Shown here: positions 1-8,337 of the stretch, piece after piece | Numbering within the stretch: position 1 is the stretch's first letter | Layout: each line of letters begins with the position of its first letter | Assembly (NCBI GenBank): GCA_036519475.1 | Contig: DATDLD010000098.1 | Coordinates: 1-49,124, forward strand | DNA: 49,124 bases | Direction: 5' to 3' | Source of the DNA: Candidatus Nitrosopolaris sp. | GTDB lineage: Archaea > Thermoproteota > Nitrososphaeria > Nitrososphaerales > Nitrososphaeraceae | Position numbers and translations under genes: made by a program | The notes under the pieces: generated by a model | Seen by the model: only the letters and a program-made list of their open reading frames with translations | The model's database searches: none | What the model was told of the DNA's origin: nothing

Positions 1-105
1 ATGTCAAAGATGTGGCACACGTACACAAGTCTGGAATACATTTTTTCTAAGATGTTCTAGATGTGCGTTACTACATGTAATAAAGATCCTGGAGATTAAG
101 GCCTA

Positions 106-348
106 ATGTCAAACATTTGTTCGACATGTCAGGCTACTATCTCATGGGATAGGAAGCAGAGAGATAAGCTTGGTACGAATAGACCTCTTAATGTCGATGG
201 AACTATTCATACACATGGCAACAAGGAGTTCAAATTCACTCCTACTGAATCTAATAACTCTAAACCATATGTGGATCCAGAGTTAACGCTACTGAAACAG
301 ATAGCTCAATCACTGCAAGCACTAATCGCATTGAAGGAATTGAAATGA
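106..348 (+). CDS. hypothetical small protein (N-terminal CxxC)
   Basis: 80-aa ORF from the track with CSTC near the N-terminus. No family recognised. Lies in the MGE. Confidence 0.3.
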   Translation: MSNICSTCQATISWDRKQRDKLGTNRPLNVDGTIHTHGNKEFKFTPTESNNSKPYVDPELTLLKQIAQSLQALIALKELK

Positions 349-610
349 GTAGTTCATTCACAGACCTGCAAATCGCTTAGTACAGCAATGGAAGGAAGGT
401 AAGCCGTAAGAAGCTACAGCGAATTCTTAGGGAAATGGAGAGGAAAGGACTCATAACAAAAGGAGAAACGATATAAAATGATATACAATAGTATCAAACA
501 ATATGCGATATATTACAAATCTATCTACTATATACCTATGTAATCATATACTTATGTAGGTAAATATGTAAAATACACAAAGGTTTTAAGTCATCCTCTC
601 ATATAACAGG

Positions 611-859
611 TTGAATACTAAAATGACATTAAGGTCAAAAAATCTCACATTGATAGCAATCACGTACGAGAACAAGCAGAGATTAAGAGTGCTTGGAGTC
701 GCCGGCATGAGCTATAACGACGTACTGAGTGAATTGCTCCAACAAAATGATGCAAACAAAAGTAAGCTGATAGGTACTCCAGAACTTGGAGGCTCTAAGT
801 ACCTATCAGCGGGCGTCGGTAGCAAAACTTCCCCATCAGGAGACCGTTCTGCAAAATGA
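611..859 (+). CDS. ribbon-helix-helix (CopG/Arc-like) DNA-binding protein
   Basis: KNLTLIAITYENKQRLRVLG..GMSYNDVLSELL fits the strand-helix-helix pattern of archaeal CopG/antitoxin-like RHH proteins. The likely true start is the ATG at 623. The stop overlaps the next ORF (ATGA). Confidence 0.5.
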   Translation: MNTKMTLRSKNLTLIAITYENKQRLRVLGVAGMSYNDVLSELLQQNDANKSKLIGTPELGGSKYLSAGVGSKTSPSGDRSAK

Positions 860-1086
860 AGCTAGACGTCTATACAGATAAACGTTTAGCCGTCGATACC
901 GCTGAAACTATCGCGGAAGCCAGAGCACTCATTCAAATTTTGTACAATAAAATTCAAAATTGTCCAAATTGTAAAAAAACCATTAATATAAGCGGTGGTT
1001 TGGGATCCAACCAGACCACCAGCAGACAACAACCCACCCGCACCAACAGGAGGATTATCAATGTCAATACACTACACTCAGAATAA
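856..1086 (+). CDS. hypothetical protein (CPNC motif)
   Basis: 76-aa ORF whose start overlaps the upstream stop by 4 nt. No family recognised. Confidence 0.3.
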   Translation: MKLDVYTDKRLAVDTAETIAEARALIQILYNKIQNCPNCKKTINISGGLGSNQTTSRQQPTRTNRRIINVNTLHSE

Positions 1087-1408
1087 AAAAGTTTGTGATG
1101 GTGGCTGTACAATTGAGCGAACCGTAGACGATCTATATATTTGTCTAGAGAACGCTAGAGACAATAAATATGAAAAGGAAGCCCGTAATCTAATCTATCG
1201 AATTCCAGTTCATAAGCCCACACCCGTCTTTAAAATTGGGATCTCAGACATTAACAGGCAAGTCAAAAAAGAATTAGATGATAGGTGGACTAATAGAAAG
1301 ACAATTGATTATATTCTAAAGGAAGCAGTTGGAAGGATCTTTGGCAATATAGACGAACGATATTTCCTATTATCTGTTAAGCGATTGTTGCAAGTGAGGT
1401 TGATCTAG
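1061..1408 (+). CDS. hypothetical protein
   Basis: Track ORF 995..1408. The internal ATG at 1061 is preceded by AGGAGG (1048-1053) at 7-nt spacing, so the shorter 115-aa form is preferred. Confidence 0.4.
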   Translation: MSIHYTQNKKVCDGGCTIERTVDDLYICLENARDNKYEKEARNLIYRIPVHKPTPVFKIGISDINRQVKKELDDRWTNRKTIDYILKEAVGRIFGNIDERYFLLSVKRLLQVRLI

Positions 1409-1412
1409 CTAG

Positions 1413-3665
1413 TTGGTCATACCATATGAGACTGGATATAACAACTTACCATCTAACATAAACGATGAAGAGGAACGCCATTATAATGATGGTACTGGAA
1501 ATGATAAAGGTAAAAAACAACAACAACAAACCAAATCAGAAAAGAAGAAAGAAAAATTTGAGCTTCCAACCTACAAATATTCTAAGATGGGCAAAGGAGA
1601 CCTATATGAGTCTATAATACTTGGCGGGGTTCCTGCCTTTGTAAGTTATGATGAAAGAAATGGTAAGCTTAATCCAGTGTCAAATATTGAAGAGGCAACA
1701 CGTATTCTTGTACCTCCAAGTCCCGAAGAATATCCATACATGCCTTACGAGTTCGGTAGTGAGAAGGAACTCGATGACTATGTAAAACTAGCCAAGGAAA
1801 AGTCAATAGACCTACTTTACAAACAAGCACTATCATTTGTCAAAACATACAACGACCAGGACGAATACAAACAGATCCTCATAGCAACAGATTTAGTCTG
1901 GTCTTATTTCCAGGATAAATTTAGTACTACACATTATGAAGGTGTTACTGGTGATGTCGGTAGTGGCAAAAGTACTGTAGGAGGACTCTTTGAAGCAATT
2001 GGATATAGATGTGTTAATACTACAAATCCAAGTGCACCAAATGTTTTCAGGATGTTAGGAATGGTAGAACCAGGTCAGTGCACCTTGATACTAGACGAGT
2101 CAGATATGATAGACGAGGACCCTATGATGATGTCTATTCTAAAGACAGGTTATGACCTTCTAAAGCGAGTACCAAAAACTAATCTAAACTCATGGAAACA
2201 GGAATACTTTTTTACATATTGTCTCAAAATAATAATAGCAGAACGTTCACTTAATCAACTTAAAGCTAGAGGGGTAAACGATAGGATTTTAGCATATACT
2301 GCTTATGTAGGTGATCCAGAAGGCGATATTAAGGAAGTCATGACACCGCAGGGAGACCCATATCGTCAGAGGGAATTAGATAGACTAATACAATTTAGAA
2401 AGTTAATGCTAGTCTATAGGCTAGTGCATTTCAATGACGCTATTACTGACATAGACATAGGTGTTAAAGGAAGGAATAAGGAGCTATGCAAACCATACAT
2501 TAAGCTTTTTTATAATACAAATGTCCAGAAAGAGGTTGAACAGACATTACAAAAATTCCTTGATATAAAGAATAATAGAAAGTCTACAAGTCTAGAATAT
2601 GCACTTCTTCCTATAATTACTGAGTTAATAAACAAAGAAAGAACAAATATTATTCTTGTATCTAGAGTCTGGCAGAATATAACAGCAACATTAGACGGTC
2701 AGTCAGCCTATGACAAACCAGATGAAGAGTACCACTCTACAGATCATGGAACATTATACAGGAAAACAATTACAAAGATAATATGTGACAAGTTCGGTGC
2801 TGAACCAAAACGTGAAGCACATACAGGTAAAAGGCAGTTAGTATTCAATCTCGATAAACTACGAAAGATACAGAAATTCTATGATACTGAGATTAAGATA
2901 AAGACTAGCCTAAGGTTTAAGCCGGGTGACAACGGTGACAACGGTGACAACACTACAGGAACGCCTACCACTTCCAGAGAAGAAAATAAGACTGATATCT
3001 TCCAAAATTTACAAGAAAGACAATTAAATATTGAAGAAACATTAGCAAACAAGCCTCTTGACGGCCATAAAGAGGGGTATGGCAGTCTTCTAGCGTTGTC
3101 ACCCATGTCACCCATGTCACCCTCTATGTCTCAAGGATTTCCTTATCCATTTCCGCAAACTACAACAAAGGGCTTCAAGATGTTAGATTCATCCAATGCT
3201 AGGGTTCTCAAATACGACAAATCAATGGACCTAGAAAATGATAATAATTTAGTCTACATAGGACGTGGCTCTAACAGACTAAGTCTAAAACCCTCTAAAT
3301 GGGGTAATGAATACATAGAAGGCAGCGACGGAACTAGGGAAGAAGTAATTAGCAAACATAAGGTTTGGCTATGGAATGACCCTAAAGGTAAGGAAGTATT
3401 TCGCGATGTATTCGCTGAATTACCTAGTAAGAATCTGGTTTGTCATTGCGCTCCTAACCCCTGTCATGGTGACATACTTCTAAGACTGGCCAATTCAAAA
3501 TATGTGTGCTATTATTGTATGGATTGTCAGACGGATAGCGAACATGAGTATCATAGCCATAAGGTTCGAAAACATCCAGATAAACCAGCTTATCCTACTA
3601 AAGCAGACTTAGAGAAATTTGGGCTAACACCACAAGGGAAGAGTTGGGAGATAGATATAGCATAA
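1413..3665 (+). CDS. P-loop NTPase (SF3-helicase-like replication protein) with C-terminal DUF4326-like domain
   Basis: Walker A GDVGSGKST and Walker B TLILDESD lie about 40 aa apart. Low-complexity linkers GDNGDNGDN and SPMSPMSPS follow. The C-terminal segment LVYIGRGS...KWGNEY...TREEVISKHKVWL...NLVCHCAPNPCHGDILLRLA matches the DUF4326 signature (WGNP-type motif plus CxCxPxxCHGD). Confidence 0.6.
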   Translation: MVIPYETGYNNLPSNINDEEERHYNDGTGNDKGKKQQQQTKSEKKKEKFELPTYKYSKMGKGDLYESIILGGVPAFVSYDERNGKLNPVSNIEEATRILVPPSPEEYPYMPYEFGSEKELDDYVKLAKEKSIDLLYKQALSFVKTYNDQDEYKQILIATDLVWSYFQDKFSTTHYEGVTGDVGSGKSTVGGLFEAIGYRCVNTTNPSAPNVFRMLGMVEPGQCTLILDESDMIDEDPMMMSILKTGYDLLKRVPKTNLNSWKQEYFFTYCLKIIIAERSLNQLKARGVNDRILAYTAYVGDPEGDIKEVMTPQGDPYRQRELDRLIQFRKLMLVYRLVHFNDAITDIDIGVKGRNKELCKPYIKLFYNTNVQKEVEQTLQKFLDIKNNRKSTSLEYALLPIITELINKERTNIILVSRVWQNITATLDGQSAYDKPDEEYHSTDHGTLYRKTITKIICDKFGAEPKREAHTGKRQLVFNLDKLRKIQKFYDTEIKIKTSLRFKPGDNGDNGDNTTGTPTTSREENKTDIFQNLQERQLNIEETLANKPLDGHKEGYGSLLALSPMSPMSPSMSQGFPYPFPQTTTKGFKMLDSSNARVLKYDKSMDLENDNNLVYIGRGSNRLSLKPSKWGNEYIEGSDGTREEVISKHKVWLWNDPKGKEVFRDVFAELPSKNLVCHCAPNPCHGDILLRLANSKYVCYYCMDCQTDSEHEYHSHKVRKHPDKPAYPTKADLEKFGLTPQGKSWEIDIA
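2925..2951. repeat. perfect 3 x 9-bp tandem repeat (GGTGACAAC)3
   Basis: Read directly at 2925-2933, 2934-2942 and 2943-2951. It encodes GDNGDNGDN. Confidence 0.95.
3095..3122. repeat. 9-bp-periodic repeat carrying GTCACC x3, inverted relative to the 2925-2951 array
   Basis: GTTGTCACC at 3095-3103 is the exact reverse complement of GGTGACAAC. GTCACC recurs at 3098, 3107 and 3116. It encodes SPMSPMSP. Confidence 0.9.
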
Positions 3666-3796
3666 AAATGACAACCTGCTGCAGACTGTGCTATCAAGAG
3701 ATCACATTTCACAAGAACATGAAGAGCGAACGTATCTTTAGTCTATAGAACCTATACTAAAAGTAGAAATATTACATTGAATCGATCTATTCTATA

Positions 3797-4267
3797 ATGG
3801 GAACGAAGACGATTCGAACGATACGAGTTGCTTTGATTCTTGTAGCCACACTGACAATAAGTTCAGGACTTGCAGTTTTAATGCCGGTTAGAGCGAACCT
3901 CGCTGAGGCCCAGGCATCATCAGTCAAAGAGATTAGTGCGCCCGGTCTAAACCCAAATGAATACTACATTTTTACACAAGAATTAAGTGCAGATGAATCT
4001 AAAGTGGGTGTTCCAGTTGCGGTGTACACACTAACAAATATTATGGTACACAAGGGAGACAATGTTACAATTCATTTCCATAATACTGCAGATGAAGCTA
4101 AAGACAGACACACCTTCAGTATGCAATCGCCGTACAAGATGGATCATGATCTTGCTGGTGGACAGAATGCAACATTTAGTTTCAAGGCTGATACGGTTGG
4201 TGGTTTCACATACTATTGTAGATATGATCTGCCGAGTATGATAGGTCACTTGGAAGTGCTGCCGTAA
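3797..4267 (+). CDS. membrane-anchored or secreted cupredoxin (blue-copper-like) domain protein
   Basis: N-terminal hydrophobic anchor VALILVATLTISSGLAVL. Cupredoxin-like strands VHKGDNVTIHFHN, DRHTF and GGFTYYCRYDLPSMIGHLEV (Cys...Met C-terminal ligand loop). Confidence 0.6.
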   Translation: MGTKTIRTIRVALILVATLTISSGLAVLMPVRANLAEAQASSVKEISAPGLNPNEYYIFTQELSADESKVGVPVAVYTLTNIMVHKGDNVTIHFHNTADEAKDRHTFSMQSPYKMDHDLAGGQNATFSFKADTVGGFTYYCRYDLPSMIGHLEVLP

Positions 4268-4364
4268 AATCTCTACATTTGCGGTTTTACTTAACTTAGC
4301 GCTAGATACGACTATCTAAAAAGCTAAGAACGAGTGAGTAGCACTATAATATCATATAAAGTCC

Positions 4365-4904
4365 TTGAGTAAGCAAAAACAAACCATTAGAGAACGTAAC
4401 CTAGACTGGCGTCGTCAGAAGGTTCTTGAACTAACAGCACAAGGGAACAATCAGCCAGAGATTAGTAAGATAATGCAGCTTAGTCAACAGACTATCAGCA
4501 GAGACCAGGCCTACCTACGACAACAAGCCAAAGACAACATCAAGAGATACATAGACGAACGCGTACCGCATGAGTATGAGAAATGTATGATAGGCCTTGA
4601 ACTAATCCTTATGCAGAGTTGGAACATAGTTAACAGCACATCAGATAGTAGGCTTAAGCTGCAGGCGCTTAGCTTAATCGATTCTTGTATAAATCATAAG
4701 TGCGACCTACTTGACAATGCGACTGTAATAGACAGCGCTATCAAGTTCGTAGAGAGTAGGACAAAGGCCCGCATCATGCTGCATGCCAATGAACAACCTG
4801 AACCATCTACAAAGATCATTAGTGATCTTGAAACAAAGATCATAGACAGTACAGTGCAAACAGAGCTAGACGATAGCCCATCTGTCACTAACTCAGTCTT
4901 TTGA
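4365..4904 (+). CDS. HTH protein, putative terminase small subunit
   Basis: HTH-like segment QPEISKIMQLSQQTISRDQAYL. It sits immediately upstream of terL and overlaps it by 4 nt. The call rests on position and the HTH only. Confidence 0.35.
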   Translation: MSKQKQTIRERNLDWRRQKVLELTAQGNNQPEISKIMQLSQQTISRDQAYLRQQAKDNIKRYIDERVPHEYEKCMIGLELILMQSWNIVNSTSDSRLKLQALSLIDSCINHKCDLLDNATVIDSAIKFVESRTKARIMLHANEQPEPSTKIISDLETKIIDSTVQTELDDSPSVTNSVF

Positions 4905-6385
4905 GAGGTCTAGAGGGTAAATCAGTGTTCGATCATCTAAAGCAGCGGATCAATCCTGTTCTACTATCACAACCACAGCAAACAGAGCTATTCGCTAGAC
5001 TTCAGAACAAACCCTTCTGGATATGGAATGAACAGGAACATAGGCTTGCAAGCAATCTTGCAAAGGGACACTGCTGCTTTAACCACATCATCGGTTTACC
5101 ACAAAAGAATAACAAGCCTATGAAACTATTCGACTATGAGCAGCTAATCTATAACACACTAGAACAGTTCAAACACCTCTACATCCTAAAGGCCACAGGA
5201 CTAGGCATCACTGAGTTCATGCTAAGATACATAGTCCATCGCTGCCTTGTCAATGAAGAATGGAAAGGTAGACAAGTACCTTTGATAGTAGGACCCAACC
5301 TTGACTTAGCACGCAAACTAATCCAGAGATTGAAAGGATTGTTCGAACCACACGATATCTATTTCGAAGACAAGCAAACATTTCTAGACTTAAATGGAGT
5401 AGCCATTGAAGCCTTCCCATCTAATCACTTAGCCAGCTTTAGAAGTCTAGAGAGTCCTGCCTTCATACTACTAGACGAATCTGATTACTTCAATGCCAAT
5501 GAAGCAGCTGAAGTCAGAGCAACAAGTGAGAGATACATCGGAAAGTCAGACCCGTATATAGTAATGGTCAGTACTCCAAATGTACCACAAGGACTTATGG
5601 AATCCATAGCACAGGAGCCAGAGGAGACTTGCATCTACAAACGTTTGTTCTTAGATTACACTTATGACTTAAATAAAATGTATAAGACAGAAGAGATAGA
5701 GCAAGCAAAGTTATCACCTTCCTTTTTAAGAGAATATAATCTCAAATACTTAGGAGAGATAGGCAACGCCTTCCATATTCAAGATATCGAAGCAGCTATT
5801 ACAGATTCGTACGAGTATGATGATCCGAATAGTTATTCACAAGGAGTATGGAAGAGCATTGGCATCGACCCCGGATTTGGTTCTAGTCGTTTTGCTATCT
5901 GTATCACACGTTACGTTGACAGCCAGATCCAGGTGATAGCGGCTAAACAATTCGATAGACCAATGCAGACAGACATGATTGACCTTATCGTTGAACTGTT
6001 ACGAGTACACCCTCTAAGTAGGGTATTCATAGATAGCAGCGCAGCAGGCCTTATTCAAGAATTAAAGTACAAAGTAAATGATTGGGATTATCGCAGCTAT
6101 GCACAAGACGACGACAGATTTATCGTTGACATTAATCAAAGGTTCGACGATTCAATCAAAATAAATCCTGTCATATTTCAGAAGACTCATAAACAAATGC
6201 TAGAGCATCTAAATTCTTTATTGGTATCAAAGCAGCTTAAGATACATCCAGACTTTACAGACTTAATCGTATCACTAAGGACGGCAACAGTGGATACAGC
6301 TTGGGACCTGAACAAGCAGCAGTCACAGCAAAACGATATACTTGACGCACTAAGATTAAGCTGCATGGAGTACAGTAGAGCATGA
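4901..6385 (+). CDS. terL: terminase large subunit (ATPase plus RNase-H-like nuclease)
   Basis: ATPase half: LFDYEQ, KATGLGIT (deviant P-loop), FILLDESD (Walker B) and VMVSTPN (coupling motif). Nuclease half: IGIDPGFGSSRFAI, VFIDSSAAG and NDILDALRL acidic motifs. Confidence 0.75.
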   Translation: MRGLEGKSVFDHLKQRINPVLLSQPQQTELFARLQNKPFWIWNEQEHRLASNLAKGHCCFNHIIGLPQKNNKPMKLFDYEQLIYNTLEQFKHLYILKATGLGITEFMLRYIVHRCLVNEEWKGRQVPLIVGPNLDLARKLIQRLKGLFEPHDIYFEDKQTFLDLNGVAIEAFPSNHLASFRSLESPAFILLDESDYFNANEAAEVRATSERYIGKSDPYIVMVSTPNVPQGLMESIAQEPEETCIYKRLFLDYTYDLNKMYKTEEIEQAKLSPSFLREYNLKYLGEIGNAFHIQDIEAAITDSYEYDDPNSYSQGVWKSIGIDPGFGSSRFAICITRYVDSQIQVIAAKQFDRPMQTDMIDLIVELLRVHPLSRVFIDSSAAGLIQELKYKVNDWDYRSYAQDDDRFIVDINQRFDDSIKINPVIFQKTHKQMLEHLNSLLVSKQLKIHPDFTDLIVSLRTATVDTAWDLNKQQSQQNDILDALRLSCMEYSRA

Positions 6386-6430
6386 GTTTTTCACTCTCAG
6401 ATAATGAAAAACTAGGAGGTACAAACAACC

Positions 6431-6889
6431 ATGACTTTCACAGTCAAAGACACACTACCACCTAAGAAAAGAAAGGAAGAGTTTACATCGTCACCCGGTC
6501 CAGCAGCATATACAGTTAGAAAGGTACCTGCAGAGAAACCTATCGTATCAACGTATGACCCTGAAACAGGCGTACCATTACAGCAGGACATAACACATGA
6601 TGACTTAGAAAGTAAACCCTTCGTACCTCGACGCAATAGACTAACCAAGCCATTCGCCAAATCAATAACATCAGAAACAGAGTTAGAAGATATCGCCAAA
6701 AGAGATGATGAAGTCTTTAGGGGAAGCAGCCAACAAGCATTATATCATGATATGATTCGACACCAGCAAGAAATGAAAGAAGAAGAAGAGCAGAGAAGCC
6801 ATATGCCAAATACTAACAACGAACTAAGTCATGAATCAGACATTGAAAAAGATAGAATCCATGAACGTCGCAGGAAAGGATTAGACTAA
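6431..6889 (+). CDS. hypothetical charged protein
   Basis: 152-aa ORF with a Lys/Glu-rich C-terminus. No family recognised. Confidence 0.35.
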   Translation: MTFTVKDTLPPKKRKEEFTSSPGPAAYTVRKVPAEKPIVSTYDPETGVPLQQDITHDDLESKPFVPRRNRLTKPFAKSITSETELEDIAKRDDEVFRGSSQQALYHDMIRHQQEMKEEEEQRSHMPNTNNELSHESDIEKDRIHERRRKGLD

Positions 6890-7020
6890 ATTCGCAATCG
6901 CCGTTTTATCAAAGAATAGCCAACGAAGCAGTACATAAATTAGGACATGCTTTTGGGTTGAATCATTGTGAAAATATTAAATGTGTAATGCATTTTAGCA
7001 ACTCCTTGTCTGATATCTAG
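6865..7020 (+). pseudogene. archaemetzincin (peptidase M54-like) C-terminal gene fragment
   Basis: This frame is open for only 51 codons and has no start codon. It translates to ...RIANEAVHKLGHAFGLNHCENIKCVMHFSNSLSDI*, which fits HExxHxxGx3Cx4CxM except for E->K. It stops before the expected distal CxxC. Confidence 0.55.
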
Positions 7021-7107
7021 ATCCATGTCAGACGATATCCAGGCTTGTTGGAATGGATCTACATAAGAAGTATCTGCAAATAGCTTTAATGAAAAAATAT
7101 GGAAGGA

Positions 7108-7134
7108 TTGTTGTTGTTATTGTTATTGTTGTTT
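7108..7134. repeat. trinucleotide (TTG/TTA)9 simple repeat
   Basis: ttgttgttgttattgttattgttgttt read directly. It creates the spurious poly-Leu ORF 7099..7341. Confidence 0.85.
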
Positions 7135-7154
7135 ATGATATTGTTTTTATTATC

Positions 7155-7508
7155 TTATCGAGAAGTTGTAGCGTTTTGCATAGCTCCGGCTACTTTTTGT
7201 AGAAGAAGGATCTTACCATGCGCAATTAATACATCTTGCAATTCCAATACGCCAATTAGTGTCTTAAGAGTCTGCGGTACATCCAACGATTGTACCTTAT
7301 CCAACACTGCAGCAAGTTCGGGATGTTCTGACCTCATTTGATCTATTTTCGCCTTAATCATATCTCTTGGCATCATTCCTCCCGGTAGTGACATTGTGGC
7401 GTTTTGTGCTGCTGCATATCTCAAAGGCATTACAGCTACTGTAGCCAACAATACTGCTGCTAAGGCCATGCCTGCAAATCCAAACTTCATTTGTTTGCTC
7501 ATTGTCAA
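7155..7508 (-). CDS. small secreted Met-rich protein
   Basis: Signal-peptide-like N-terminus MKFGFAGMALAAVLLATVAVMPLRYAAAQ, then GGMMPRDM. Opposite strand to the surrounding MGE genes. Confidence 0.45.
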   Translation of the reverse strand: MTMSKQMKFGFAGMALAAVLLATVAVMPLRYAAAQNATMSLPGGMMPRDMIKAKIDQMRSEHPELAAVLDKVQSLDVPQTLKTLIGVLELQDVLIAHGKILLLQKVAGAMQNATTSR

Positions 7509-7574
7509 CTGAACGAAGTGAAAGTATATAAGATTTCCCCTTAGCTTTGTTAAGTAAGATTTTTAAATAATAAA

Positions 7575-7781
7575 TCATACAACCATTCCTTTCTTCTTAG
7601 GTTCTTCATTCCATTGACTAAACCTTGCAGTACTCCGGCTAATGTCGCTGTCGTATCTCTTCCTGACTTTTGATATAACTATTCTATCCACGCGTTTGTT
7701 CACCATGCTATTATGCTTAAGATATTCGTCAAGTAAGGAGAGATTTGATTTTCTTAAATTAACTGAAATTAAATCAATCAT
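7575..7781 (-). CDS. small putative RHH-type regulator
   Basis: 68 aa. N-terminal ISVNLRKSNLSLLDEYLK resembles an RHH strand-helix. Weak call. Confidence 0.3.
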   Translation of the reverse strand: MIDLISVNLRKSNLSLLDEYLKHNSMVNKRVDRIVISKVRKRYDSDISRSTARFSQWNEEPKKKGMVV

Positions 7782-7933
7782 TCTTTAAACTTACTCTTCT
7801 GTCTGTCCGTTAACCAGAAGCCTAGCTATATTATTATAGTTCATGTTAAACTAAAAATATGCAAAAATATGCACATTTTGTAGAAGTTCTTATACTGCGA
7901 TAAAGCTAAATTGCAAACTAACGTTGTACCGAC

Positions 7934-8173
7934 ATGATGCCTATAGAAGAGGTTATGGAGGCCATTATAAAGAATAGGAAGCCAACCACCACCAGCGTAG
8001 TAGCAGCAGCAACCAAAGCAGCAGACGAAGGGGTAGATGCATACCTAAAAGAACAGGATCAGCAAATGGTTCGCAGATGGAAAGAGACAGGACTATATGA
8101 TAGACTAAACAAGAAACCAGATACAAAGGTCTCTACCATATTAAAGTTCGTGGAGGGAGGGGGAGGACTATGA
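7934..8173 (+). CDS. hypothetical protein
   Basis: 79-aa ORF. It is the first member of a chain of 4- to 8-nt-overlapping ORFs. Confidence 0.4.
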   Translation: MMPIEEVMEAIIKNRKPTTTSVVAAATKAADEGVDAYLKEQDQQMVRRWKETGLYDRLNKKPDTKVSTILKFVEGGGGL

Positions 8174-8337
8174 GTAAGACTAAGAGAGTAACAGTAGGAA
8201 GAGGAAGAGGAAGATTGCAAACAATAGGACCAACTAACGTCTATTGTGCTGTTTGCCATGTAGAGATGTTCCAAGTTACTACAGAATATTTATGCAAAAC
8301 TGATCCAAATGGACATCCTCGAATCCCAGTAACATGA
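8170..8337 (+). CDS. hypothetical mini-protein (55 aa, CxxC)
   Basis: Not in the track because it is under 60 aa. MSKTKRVTVGRGRGRLQTIGPTNVYCAVCHVEMFQVTTEYLCKTDPNGHPRIPVT. ATGA overlaps at both ends (8170-8173 and 8334-8337). Confidence 0.35.
   Translation: MSKTKRVTVGRGRGRLQTIGPTNVYCAVCHVEMFQVTTEYLCKTDPNGHPRIPVT

Noticed and set aside
381-476. Open frame encoding ...GRKVSRKKLQRILREMERKGLITKGETI*, reminiscent of a winged-helix recognition segment
   Set aside because: It is only 31 codons, has no start codon, and an in-frame stop lies immediately upstream. It is too short to support as a gene or pseudogene without a database search.
2879-3115. 78-aa minus-strand ORF inside the replication gene
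   Set aside because: It lies antisense to a strongly supported 750-aa CDS. It spans exactly the two low-complexity repeat arrays, which are stop-poor by composition.
7099-7341. 80-aa ORF beginning MEGLLLLLLLLF
   Set aside because: The poly-Leu start is just the (TTG/TTA)9 simple repeat. The rest is antisense to the better-supported secreted-protein gene 7155-7508.
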